Positions 36,288-47,829 of a DNA stretch of 64,000 nucleotides are shown one piece after another. The notes below the pieces were generated by a model. That model saw only the letters and a list, made by a program, of their open reading frames with translations, was not told the origin of the DNA and made no database searches. A program made the position numbers and the translations under genes. Numbering within the stretch: position 1 is the first letter of the stretch; each line of letters opens with the position of its first letter. Source of the stretch: Carcharhinus amblyrhynchos (Eukaryota); NCBI GenBank assembly GCA_965287045.1, contig OZ336870.1, positions 150,660,001 to 150,724,000 of the forward strand, read 5' to 3'.

Positions 36288-37899
36288 GCTTTTCCTACCA
36301 AATAAACCTGTTGGACTTTAACCTGGTGTTGTAAGATTTCTTACTGTGACAATATAATCCGTGTATAACATAATGTGCAGTTTTCATCTATGTGGTTTGT
36401 GTGAATGTGATTGTCAATTGATGCTGCCTTTGGAGGCAATTTTGCAATATCGATATATATCCACTAAGAATCCTGTTTCTATTACCAGAAATAGAATTAC
36501 CTTAGACTTAATTACAGCTACCAAAAATGAAAGATATTTACCTTGATTTCTCTGAGTTGGGTATGAACTCGAGAGTAGGTGTTAAAAGACAAAGTTCCAG
36601 GGTGATGGCATGTAATTCAGTGGGCTATTCCCTTAACTGATTAACATGCTATATGACCTGGCAATTTTTTTTTCAGAATGGCACAAAGTCCACATTAATC
36701 CTGGTAGGCTATGAACTTGGATAGTTAGACTTAATTTCATGGAATTTTTTTTTTAAATTAAGTACAATGGTGGGAGGCTCTGGTAGCACCCTTCCTGCTG
36801 GCTGGAATGGCGGGAACACTCAGCCAAGTTCATGCTTGGAACTTATTAATTATGCACCTGTGAGTATCAGGCTGAATTACTGGATGGGCTGAGAACTGAT
36901 TGGTCTGGCTGCCATCAGCCAGTGGACTCAAAGGTCCCAGTGTCACATTTAAAGTCCAGTCCAACACGGTCTCCAGTTCACCCATCTCCAACATCTCAGG
37001 AAGCCAGAAGCATAAGTCGAGCAGCATCAAGATGAAAGCTGCTACACAGTTCAGCCACCAGGCTTTCTCAGCTTTGATCTGAAGAGTCTGGATGCAGAGC
37101 ATCCAGACCCTTCTACCCAAGGGACTGTTCCAAGAAGCACAGCAACCTTATGTCTATACGAGGGAGGTAATTGACAAGGAGCTCAGCACAGTTGGGAACC
37201 AGGCCTGACTGAAGACATTGTGATTTTGTACTTTGGGATCCTTTTATGTCAAGCTTGAGCCATTCTCCCACTCAGTGATAGTGTATCACTCTGAGATTAC
37301 CATTCATGTGAGCCTCAGATGAACTCGTCTCTGTACCCTTGAGCGTTGTTAGGGAGATATGTTTTAATATTTATTAGAAGTGTATGATGGAACCATTTCT
37401 AACCTCCCGAACAGGCACAGGAGTGTGGCAACTCGGGGATTTCACAGTAACTTCATTGCAGTCTGAATGTAAGTCTATTTGAAACTAATAAATAAACTTT
37501 TAACTTTTCTTCCTCAAGGGATACCAATGAGTGAAGACAGTTCATCAGCACTGACACTCTAGTGGCATGTGTGTCTCCACAGTGCTAGCACCCAAATCTA
37601 AGACATGCACACTTGTATGAGATCCCTGACCAGGCCCTCATCTTAGTTGTGGCAAAGTTAGCATCATTAGATGGTGGTGAAAGTGTCAAGGTTTGTCTCG
37701 GATCGCTCTTGTTCCCCAGTGGTCTATAAGTTTACAGAATGTGCACATTAACAGGGCACCTCTGACCAAAGCTGTGATAATAACCTAGAGAATCACAAGG
37801 CCAGAATGTGTAAGCCTGAATACAGGCTCGTTCTCTCAATGATTGCATGGATATCTCCGAGATGTCAGAGAATACCTTTGAGGGCTAGGGGTGATGTAG

Positions 37900-39900
37900 A
37901 CATATGACCTCACTTAATGCTATTCTTTCTGAAATCTGTAATTATATAATTTAAGTATCACAGGCACTTCACCCACATCTTCCTTCCTGCTCGGCATCAG
38001 CACGCTCATACGCTGAGCTTCCAAGACCTCTGCATTGTCATCTTCCAATGAACTCTCACCTTCCTCCAGTTTATCCTCTGGCAAGGACTCACCTCCCTGT
38101 ATAGCCAGACTGTGAAGGGCACAGCGCACTGCGATCATGTGGGAAAATTTATATTGGGGCTGAATTTTCGTGAGCCAACTGATCAGTCCAAGCATCTGAA
38201 GCACATCTTCAGACCTATGGTCTGCTCTATAAGTGAGTTGCAAGCAGCATTGTACCTCACCTTGGCACAGCTGTGAGGGCGATGCATTTAACCCTTATCC
38301 CTCAGCAGCCATCCCTATAAATGTAAGAATCATGACAACTCCCAGGGTACCATGCACACACGTGCAATATGTGCTTCCAATAATCTCACACACCAGTTGT
38401 ACGTTGATGGAATGGAAGCCCTTGTGGTTTATAAACATTAGGGGCTGCTGCTATGGAGCTCGAATGGCCACATGAGAGCAGTTTATTGTACCCTCTTGGA
38501 ATTGTGACATGCAGGACCAGGGAGAGAAATCATGAACTCTGGTACTTTTCCTGTTTTTGGGCAGCTTATCTCCATGCACCCACTATGCCCACACATCATT
38601 CACATCCTTCAGGTGCCCAGAATTGGGTACCTTAGGCACAGTGGAGCCCAAAAGTTTAACCGTTAAAAAAATTCCTTGGCTTTTGTACTATATGTATTTA
38701 TTTATAAAGCCTGTCGAAAGCTAAGGTTTCAGAATGATACAGTTTAGGGTTTTGTCAGATAATTACACACAACTTCGTCATTTATGTTGAGAGAGACAGA
38801 GAGAGAGCGGCACGGTAGCACAGGAACTTGGGTTCGATTCCCAGCTTGGGTCACTGTCTGTGTTGGTAAGCACATTCTCCTTGTGTCTGTGTGGATTTCT
38901 TCCAGATGCTCAGGTTTCCTCCCCCAGTCCAAAGATATGCTGGTTAGCTTGACTGGCCATGCTAAAAAATTACCCCTTGGTGTCCTGAGATGTGTAGGTT
39001 AGAGGAATTAGCGGATAAAATATGTAGGGATATGGGGGTAGGGGCTGGCTAGGATTGTGGTTGATGCAGACTCGATGGGCCAGATGGCCTCTTTCTGCAC
39101 TGTAGGTTTTCTATGATTTCTATGATTCACCTTCTGGCAAGGGCTCATCTCCCTGCATAGCCAGACTGGAAAGAGCACAGCACACTGCAATCATGTGAGA
39201 AAGCTTATATTGGGACTGCATTTTATTGAGCCAACTGATCGGTCCAAGCATCTGAAGCACATCTTCAGACCTATGGTCTATATGGACTTATGCTCTGTAA
39301 GGGAATTGCAAGCAGCACTGCACATCACCTTGGCACAGCTGTGAGGGCAATGCATTTAACCTTATCCCCAGCAGCCGTTCCTGTAGATGTAAGAATTATA
39401 GCAACTCCCAGGGTACCATGCACACACATGCAATATGTGCTTCCAATAATCACACAAACCAGTTGTATATTGATGGAATGGAAGCCCTTGTGGTTTATAA
39501 ACAATAGGGGCTGCTGCTATGGAGCTCGAATGGCCACATGGGAACAGTTTATTGCGCCCTCTTGGAAGACCTGAGATTGCTGTGAAACCTGTGAATCTTT
39601 GAGTCTAGCTATCTTCATTCTGAGGAAACCTGACACAATGATGATCTTCCGCTAAAGGATATTGATGATTTTCTTTGTGCATTGGTGTGTGGTGGACTGA
39701 GATGCTGTGTAGGTCCCGTGGTGATCCCTGGAAAGACCCAGAGGCAAAGAAACTGATTGCTGCTGTCACCTTCAAAGCCTCTGGCAGGGGGAAGCCTCCA
39801 AACCCACATGGTGTCAGGTCTTCACAAAAAATGTGGCATATGTTATATACAAGGTCATGGGACAAAGACGGGCATGTCCAGCACTGCCACATACCCATTT
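37900..39900 (-). mobile_element. Decayed PIF/Harbinger transposase with an internal duplication
   Basis: LPEALKVTAAISFFASGSFQG (39605..39898). HVAIRAP*QQPLMFINHKGFHSINVQLVC and ..YPGSCHD occur twice. Confidence 0.9.
38808..39127 (+). mobile_element. HE1-like SINE
   Basis: GGTTCGATTCC B box, V-core and CTATGATTT tail. Confidence 0.88.
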
Positions 39901-40064
39901 GTAAGTAAGACTCTTTGACGATAACTTCTCAGTCTGATGAGTCACCTCCGTGATCTGAGTCTGTCCTCCTCATCCTCCTGTTCATGCTCTGGCTTCCCTT
40001 CACTAAGTCCCCCAGCAGAGCCTCCTGCTGAAGCTGTGCTCGTCAACAGCTCTCCTTCCTTCAC

Positions 40065-40365
40065 CCAAAGGTAGGGGAGTCTAAAACTAGAGGGCATAGG
40101 TTTAAAGCGAGATGGGAGAGATACAAAAGTGTCCAGAGGGGCAGTTTTTTCACGCAGAGGGTGGTGAGTGTCCCGAACAAGCTGTAGGTAGAGGCGGTTA
40201 GTAGAGGCAGGTACAATTTGTCTTTTAAAAAGCATTTAGACAGTTACATGGATAAGATGGGTATACAGGCAATTGGGACTAGCTTTGGGATTTACAAAAT
40301 AAGGGTGGCATGAACAAATTGGGCCGAAGGGCTTGTTTCCATGCTGTAAACATCTATGACTATGA
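40065..40365 (+). mobile_element. CR1 3' end of another family
   Basis: SKTRGHRFK...FFTQRVV and GGGCCGAAGGGC 3' stem. A related tail lies at ~21520-21662. Confidence 0.8.
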
Positions 40366-40469
40366 CCTCGCCCATTGAATGAGGACATTGAGAAACATTG
40401 AGCCCTGGATCCATTAGATCCTTCTCTCTGAATTCAAATATTGCACACAACAACGATTAAAAGGTGAAG

Positions 40470-41690
40470 AAAGAGAAGTTCTCATTTTGAAACCAACGGG
40501 AAATGTCAGGCTGCCTTACTTGCATTGTGCCTGATACAGTTTTGCTCCTGAGATGGTAGCACACCTCGAGGTGATTAAGATACAATTTCCAGAAATGTGG
40601 GCCCCGATCATCCCATCACCACCCACAACTTTTCTGGCGGGTCGCGTGGGAGGTGTGTGTCACCAGCCTTGTACCGTGATTTGCACACGTGCCAGGAGCA
40701 CATGCGCATCTCCCAAAGACAGCAAACAGTCGCTGGTCAGACCATGCTGGAAACCAGCCGGAGGGCCCATAAGTGATTTAAATCTGTTTTAAATGTATTT
40801 TAAATATGTTTAACAATTCATTATCGGGAACTTTCAGGTCCCAATTGAATCTCCCACCCCACTTGGAGTACTTCATTCCGGCGAGGTTTAGAGTAGCTCT
40901 CTTGTTCTGAGAACTAGTGGGAGAACCTGCCTGAATAAAGAGACGGGGCAATCAGGACACCCAGGAGGTTGGGCGGCGAGGGGGCTGGTGCTCCCTGGGC
41001 ATGGGCACCCAGCAGTGCCAGCCTGTGTCCCTTGGCACTGCCCAAGGGGCAAAATGTCCATGCCCAGGGGACATCTTGGCACTGCCCATTGGGCATCGGG
41101 CAGTGCTAAGAGGTCAGGGCCTATTGCAGGTGGGGCCTACGGGTGATTGGTGGGTTTGGGGGCTGCTACTCTGCAGACAGGATCGGTGTGAGATGGAGTG
41201 ATAGGGATGGGCTGGGGGGGTGGGGTGGGGTGGTCAGCTGGGCAGAGGCATGCTTCCTGGGGGGGTTTGACCCCAGGGGGGTTCAGCGGTGGGGGTGGTC
41301 TGCCGTGGTGAGGGGGTGGGGGGATTGCCACTGCTGGGGGTTTGGACTGTGCACTGGGGCTCTCCGGGACAGTGGGGGTTCAGGGCGGATGTGGGAATTG
41401 TGGGGGCCGCGATCGGGCTGTGGGGGGTGCTGGAAGGCCAGCACTGCAAGGGTCCTGGACTGGCTAGCGATCAAGCTGACCAGGAAATGGGAAGAGTGAC
41501 AGATCAGGACCACTGCGCATGCACAGAGTTCCAGAACTATCAGCCTCCGGTGCAAATCGGCCCCACCAACTGAGACCTCTGCGCTGCACAGAATGTGGAG
41601 ATTCAGGTGAGAAGCTGAACTGACAAAACAGTCATGATTAGAAACAGTTTTCCTGCCAAGGCAACACTTTTGGAAGAATCATTACCATGA
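40470..41690. mobile_element. GC-rich non-coding DNA-transposon (Harbinger-associated) sequence
   Basis: Shares GGCACTGCCC/CAGTGCCA motifs with 54767-55854 and 56040-56510 and lies next to the Harbinger transposase. Confidence 0.55.
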
Positions 41691-41889
41691 TATCTGGTGT
41701 GTGGGGGGTAGTGGGGAGGGAGTGTAATAAAGCGTGGATGAAATTATTTAACCAAAGTAGCTTTGCACTCCATTCTTTGAAGTGACATACAAATGGCCTA
41801 AGATCAAAGAGTGGAATCCACTGGGCTAATGTTGAATTGCATTTATTGTGAATCCGTGACTACCCTTCATTGATGGGATGCAAGGTATG

Positions 41890-42462
41890 ATGCAGTTTTG
41901 ACTTCTCCCTATTGCCTGCATTCAGCAAATCTGCACTACCATCTTATACTCTGCATTATCACCTTATACTCTGTCGACGCTGTTGTTTTGAAGTGAAGCT
42001 AGTAAATTTTGTCTGTCGCTTTAACAGCATTGAAAGATTGGCTTTCAGTTGCTTCCTGGGCAACGAGATCTCTCTCTCCTTTCTAACTGACCTGGATCCT
42101 GTAGTGGCAGCAACAAATGACAGTTTGTCCCAAGATGGGATCCCATATTCCAGCATTACAATCCTCCCACACTCCCTCATCCCCTCCTGGGCAGAACAAA
42201 TGGTACTTTCATTTTTGCTGGACACGATTGCTCTGGGACCTCAAAATGGTCGAATGGGAAAATTCTGCCCAATGTTTCAGGTCTACGGTATATACTAGTT
42301 CTGACTTCAGTTTCCCTCTGCCAGATGTGTTGAGCATTTTCAAAACTTCCTGCTTCCACTGGAGCGAAAATAATCTCTTTTGCCAGCCCTTTAAAAAGCA
42401 ATCACACTTTTGTGAGCCTCTCATTCCTCTCAGCAGGAAATGCAGCAGCAGCTGCTTGAGGT
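41890..42462 (-). pseudogene. Pseudo-exon DLKQLLLHFLLRG...LKGWQKRLFSLQWKQEVLKML...
   Basis: AG acceptor, then ~130 codons with one internal TGA. Confidence 0.55.
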
Positions 42463-43224
42463 CTAGTTCAGCACAACATTAAACATGGGCTGATATCTTC
42501 CAAGCTCTGGGGCAGTGTATCTGGGGACTGTCCCAAAGTTACACTGATGAACATCCCACCTCCCCTATAATCTACCAGGTAAGGATTGCACAGCAAATTC
42601 AGAAAAAAATTAGAATTGAAACCATTACTAGCTTACGGATAACAATAGTACTGACCACCCCAATCACCCACATAACTGTCCCCACCAAGGGGCCAGAAGA
42701 CTATCCTCAACTTTTGCACCCCCTTCCCCAACTACACCAAACTCAAACCCCCTATGAGACCTCCAACTGCAAGTCACCCTCCAACTACTCTTCCCACCCT
42801 CCAACTACCTTGCAACTGCCCATGAAACCTCCTGACCCTCCACAGAGCTCTGACAAAGGGACATACAGACTTGAAATGTTGGCTGTATTGTCTATCCACA
42901 GCTGCTGTCAGACCTGCTGAGTTTTCCCAGCGTTTTCTTTTATTGTTTCAAATTCCAGCATCCGCAGTATTTTGTCTCTAAGCAGAACACAAATCTGACA
43001 ACATCCAAACAGAAGTCCGCAAGGAGGTAGGCATGAAAAGAAAGGGTTGGAGAATCTGGTTTGCCCCACTGTGCTAATGATTACTGCTGTTCAGAACAAC
43101 AGCAATTGTTGGCCAAGTGGCCTGCCAATCAGGATGTTCTGCATAGTAGATTGGCTAATTTGGACTCTTAACTATCTAGAATGATAGGCTATTTGGCCAA
43201 TGAGCATAGGCCCTGTGATTAATA

Positions 43225-43432
43225 TTGTCTGCACCCTCCTCTTCCAGGTCCTGATGACAGATATTGAGAAAAATATGCTGTAAAGGACTTAAAAGCTTTT
43301 TCAGTTGTGGCATCAGAATCTTGGAAACACAGATGGAAGAAGGGGTCACTCATTAGTAACAAATGGTAGAGCCTTAAAAATAGCTCAGGAGGTGTAGAAG
43401 AAAGTTGCTTGTAGTGTGAATGCCAATTCCAC
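43225..43432 (-). pseudogene. Probable pseudo-exon LWNWHSHYKQLSSTPPELFLRLYHLLLMSDPFF...
   Basis: Open frame (ORF 43219..43461) in non-repeat DNA with a possible AG acceptor. Confidence 0.5.
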
Positions 43433-43684
43433 AGCTTTTGCACATTGAAATAGTTTAGCAAAAGTTCAATGACGTTAATCAGGTCATGCTAGATATGAGT
43501 ATCCACTGTAAACTTACATTGATGCAACATCCTAACCATTACATCACTTACAATTTCCTCAAAAATACCTTAACATTTCAACATTTATTTTAAATTTCAA
43601 GAGATGTCATGATGTTCCATTCACCTTAAGTCAAGTGTGTTTTTTCACTCACTTTCCCATCCAAAATCACCCTACAAAAAATTT

Positions 43685-44215
43685 GGGAAAAGGACAGGAA
43701 ATGGGACTAATTGGGTAGCTTTTTCATGGAATTGGCACAGTTATGATGGGCCAAATGACCCCTGTGAGTGCTACATGAGTACATAATTCTAATTAATTTG
43801 CTATTGCACGTAGATTGTAGATTGGTTTCAGCATAGCATGAGGCTAGTTGGCTGGTCTTGTCCATGTTGGCTCTCTGCAAAAACAACTCAACTGTCCTTT
43901 TTCCCGTAGCCCTGCAATTACTCTTCAGATGATTATCCCTTTTGAAAGCCAAATTGAATCTACCTGGCACACTCTCAGACAGTGCAATCCTGGTCCTAAC
44001 CATTTACTGAGTTAAAAAAAAGTTTTCTTCATGTCAGTTTTGGTTCTTTTGCCTATCACTGTACAACAGTGTCTTTTAGTTCTAGTGGCTTTTGCCAATG
44101 GTAACAATGTTTCCCGATTTACTCCATCCATGCTCCTCATGATTTTGAACATGTCTATCAAACCCCCTGTCAAGTCTTTGTTTTCTGAGGACAACAGGTC
44201 CCGCGTCATTGAAGT
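43685..44215 (-). mobile_element. Old CR1 3' fragments
   Basis: GGLIDMFKIMRSMDGVNRETLLPL..TRTKRH. Confidence 0.7.
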
Positions 44216-44476
44216 TGCCCTCTCCAAATTAATTGTATTCTGGATCATTCCTTTTCCATAGCTAATCTAAACTTTATGATACTATGAACACTATTCTCTA
44301 AATGTTCCTCCACTGATAATTAATCCAATTAACCCACTCATTCCCAAGAACCAGATACAGCAATGTCTCGTTCATTATTGAGCTAGAAACATAATGATCA
44401 ATATTCTTCATTATCTCAAGTCTATACAGTTTTTGTACTCGCTGTAATTTCCCTGAAAATCTGCTCCTATATATCA

Positions 44477-45055
44477 TAAGAACATAAGAAATAGGAGCAG
44501 GAGTAGGCCATCTAGCCCTTCAAGCCTGCCCCACCATTCAACAAGATCATGGCTGATCTGAAGTGGATCAGTTCCACTTTCCCGCTTTCTCCCCATAACC
44601 CTTAATTCCCTTGTCTATCAGAAACCTACCTACCTGTGACTTAAATATAGTCAGCGAGGTAGCCTCCACCACTTCAATGGGCAGAGAATTCCAGAGACTC
44701 ACCACCCTTTGAGTGAAGAAGTTCCTCCTCAACTCTGATCTAAACTGCACCCTCCCCCCACTTATTTTGAGGCTGTGCCCTCTAGTTCTGCTACCGAAGA
44801 ACAAAGAACAACCCAGCACGGGAAACAGGCCCTTTGGCCCAACGAGCCCGCGCCGCCGCATCTTCCTACACCTACCCTGCCCTGTGTGTATGTGAATGGA
44901 AGCCGTAATGTATCCTTTCTAAGCAGGAAGAATCTTTCTACCTCTACCCTATCTAGCCCCTTCATTATCTTATATGTCTGTATAAGATCCCCCCTCAGCC
45001 TTCTAAACTCTAACGAGTACAGACCCAGTCTATTCAATCTCTCTTCATAGGCTAA
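44477..45055 (-). mobile_element. CR1 family-A-related 3' end with a nested ~112-bp insert (44797-44908)
   Basis: YEERLNRLGLYSLEFRR... and tail. The insert is the same 3' end as 941-1090, in the same orientation as the host. Confidence 0.92.
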
Positions 45056-45299
45056 TGATGGGGATATCATGGGGATATCTTCATGGGGATATCATCCCCA
45101 CTTATTGATGACCTACAAGTATATCCAGTAGATGATAGTGCTTCTATTGTTTCTTAATTCTAACCAAATAGATAGTGTAGTTTACCCCTCCAGGACATCC
45201 TCTCTCTCCCGCATTGTTATATTCTTCTTAATATTGTCATCCATTCCCTTTTCTTTCCTTCTTAATCTTTCCTGAACACTTTGTATAGAGGAACATTTA

Positions 45300-45662
45300 T
45301 CTAACATCTCACTTTCCATCTTGTTTTCACCCCCCCCATCCCACACCCCACTAAGGCCAACTGCCACATTCCTATACTCTGCACCTTTGTTCTGCCACTT
45401 ACACATTCCAATCTCTTAATGGACGCTCTTAGAACTATTCTCAGCCTTTATCATCACCATTTACATTCCCTTTGCCCCCTTTGTCTATGGCATTCCTATC
45501 AATTATAGCTCCTTCCCCCTCACCCTCACAGTATAAATCTTATCCAATTTTCCTTGTCTTCAGATTTGACGAAGAGTCATCATTCAAAATGTTGGCTCTT
45601 TTCTATCTTCACAGATACTGACAGACCTGCTGAGATTTTCCAGCATGTTCTGTTTTTATTTA
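45300..45662 (+). mobile_element. Penelope-type 3' terminal repeat, decayed (related pieces ~14295-14415, ~42848-42980, ~47660-47790)
   Basis: TGACGAAGAGTCA...AAAATGTTGGCTC hammerhead relic followed by CACAGATACTGACAGACCTGCTGAG. Confidence 0.6.
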
Positions 45663-46029
45663 GTATCCTGTCCTGTTTTGTTTTAAAGTTGGGTCTCTGT
45701 TATCACTACAACACCTTATTCCCATAAGGTAATCTTTGTTTATCTTTCATAAAATAAATGTTCTTGATTTTTTAAAAAACTGAATATAAGTGATGCTTTA
45801 CTGCTTTTAAAGACTGAAATAATATCATATGATGTTGTTGATTAAAAGTGTTTTAAGATGGGAGAACCAAATAATTGAGGGTAAGCTGATTAGAAAAGAG
45901 ACCAAAACGTAATTGCTATTATTCTTTCCTTTACGCACATCAATGCGCAAATTGATGGATGCTGCCTGAAACTAGGGAAATCTTATTGATAATTGATAAT
46001 CAGAAAGAGAACAAACCTCATGTTAGAGT

Positions 46030-47109
46030 TTCAATTTTTATTGCTTTACATCAGCAATGCAAGTGGAATACCATTCGGTCCCTTGTTTTATAACAAGATT
46101 GGTAGTATAGTCTAGTTGTTTCTACATTATTGTAGTTGCTCATACCGCAGGAACTTATTTCAATTAATTACTTTCAATTTCACTAGACCCCAGTCAAAAA
46201 TTACTTTTGCAGCTGGGTATAAAGGCTGCATTGCACCATTATGTTGGGATTCGATTCGGGGGTAAATCCGGTCTGCTTTTCATTGCATATTTCTAAAGCA
46301 TGGTATATATTTCAATGCTATGGTAGATTACTGTTCTGAAGTTTTATACTGCTTATGAGCCTTAAATTTAAAAAAAGGCAAACACACATTTGCAGAGTTA
46401 CTTCCTCCAACCTTTACATATGAGAAAATGATATTTTTACAGCCGTTTGGGTTGCTTATTTTTAAAGGCACTTGCGTTGGTGTTTGGCCAAAGGGGTGGT
46501 CTCATGACTTTGAGAAAATAGTTTCTTTAAAACCATGAATACCCACAGGCCTTTCTATGTGATTTTAATGCAACAAAGACTTTTTTCTTGTCTATTACTG
46601 AGTTCCTTGGAGACTCGTGGCCCATCCAAGGTCACTATTTTCAAATTATTTTTGATTTAAAGAATTCCCCTTACATCAATGAAAATGGGAATCATGTGAG
46701 TGATAAACCTTTTTGGGACATGGGAGTGACATAAATTGCACAGCATTCTTTGGTAATAAGAATGAGACACCTATCCTGGTAATTATGGAAGTTAAGTGAA
46801 TAAGCAGTCCTGCCTTTCACATCAGGAATCAATTTTGATGAAATATTTGCTGAAGTATACAGGAATTCTAGAGCCCTTACAATTGGCATGAAAACAGTAC
46901 CGTTATAGATCTTTATAAAAATTAACCAGTTCAAGTTTGAGTTGTGCTTTTTTTCTATACTCTGAAAACTTTTAAGTGAGTTAGCTGAATAGAATCTCTC
47001 ATTTTAAAATAAACATTCTGTAGTACATAGTGCATGGTACATTGGAGTATATGAAGCAGAATCTTGTGGAGGCCGTTTCAGAAGACAATTGTGGATGCTA
47101 TTGTCTGTT
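46030..47109 (-). pseudogene. Large pseudo-exon
   Basis: ORFs 47004..47249 and 46692..46934 are in the same frame, separated by one TAA. ttccAG acceptor at 47110. The frame continues with shifts. Confidence 0.62.
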
Positions 47110-47289
47110 CTGGAATATACGTTCGGTGACAGGAGTAAAAATGAAACTGACTTCCACTCGGGAGCAGGATGACTGATCATGTGCGATTTCATGCTGTTCA
47201 GCTCATTACATTTTACATATACATGCAGGAGGAGCTCGGAGAATCTCATGGTTCATGGAGGACAAGAAGTCACTGACCCCGTTCTTATC

Positions 47290-47540
47290 ACAGGGAGTTG
47301 AAAAGTCCTGATGCCATATTCAAAGGACACTCAGCTATTCACTCACTACTAGCCAGGAGCTCCAGATTCTGAAACCATCAGGAAAGATGTTTCCCAGGGA
47401 AGGCAGCAGCAGGCCTTCCTGTCTGACTAGGGTGGCTTAGGTGGACATCACAGTGGAGGTTAGTGCCTATGGGACCCACAAAATATTCTGTCAGCAGCGC
47501 AGAAAAGAGATGAATGATTTAATTTGCTCCCCGAGGATAC
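47290..47540 (+). mobile_element. Harbinger Myb/SANT-like protein fragment
   Basis: MFPREGSSRPSCLTRVA*VDITVEVSAYGTHKIFCQQRRKEMNDL resembles W..IA.EVSA......QCRKK.NDL. Confidence 0.7.
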
Positions 47541-47829
47541 TATCTATTCATTGTAAGAGCATAACATTGGTATAAGCGTGCAAGTGCGGAGGGGTGTAGG
47601 ATAGGAATTTGGATTACAATTATTGAAATGAAAGCTGAAGTAGGCCATACGGACATACTAATTAGGAGCAAAACAAACTGAAGGAACAGCACCTCATCGT
47701 CTGATTCTTCTGAGACTTCTGGATTTAACATTAAGTTCAACAACTTCAGACCATGAACTCTCTCCTCCATCTTGATTGCTTTTTTTAAATTCACATTTGT
47801 CCTTCCATAACCGTCTTCTGTAATCTTCT

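Larger units (their letters stand above)
36021..36348 (+). repeat. Head-to-tail tandem of a 174-bp unit (~1.9 copies), Penelope-terminus/retrozyme-like
   Basis: The unit starts GCATCTCCACATC at 36021 and again at 36195. Confidence 0.92.
35965..36657 (-). pseudogene. Pseudo-exons 36542-36657 and ~35965-36472 with a 69-nt GT-AG intron; second exon split by the hammerhead repeat
   Basis: ..ELHAITLELCLLTPTLEFIPNSEKSR|ILSGYISILQNCLQRQHQL.. with a phase-2 junction. Resumes IIMGCFFEIDLNKYTREK past the insert. Confidence 0.62.

Noticed and set aside
36021-36348. CRISPR array or satellite DNA
   Set aside because: Vertebrate context, no repeat-spacer structure, under two units, and the family is dispersed.
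42270-42310. WWE-domain-like YTVDL motif suggesting a PARP gene
   Set aside because: The match is too short and no other PARP motif was seen.
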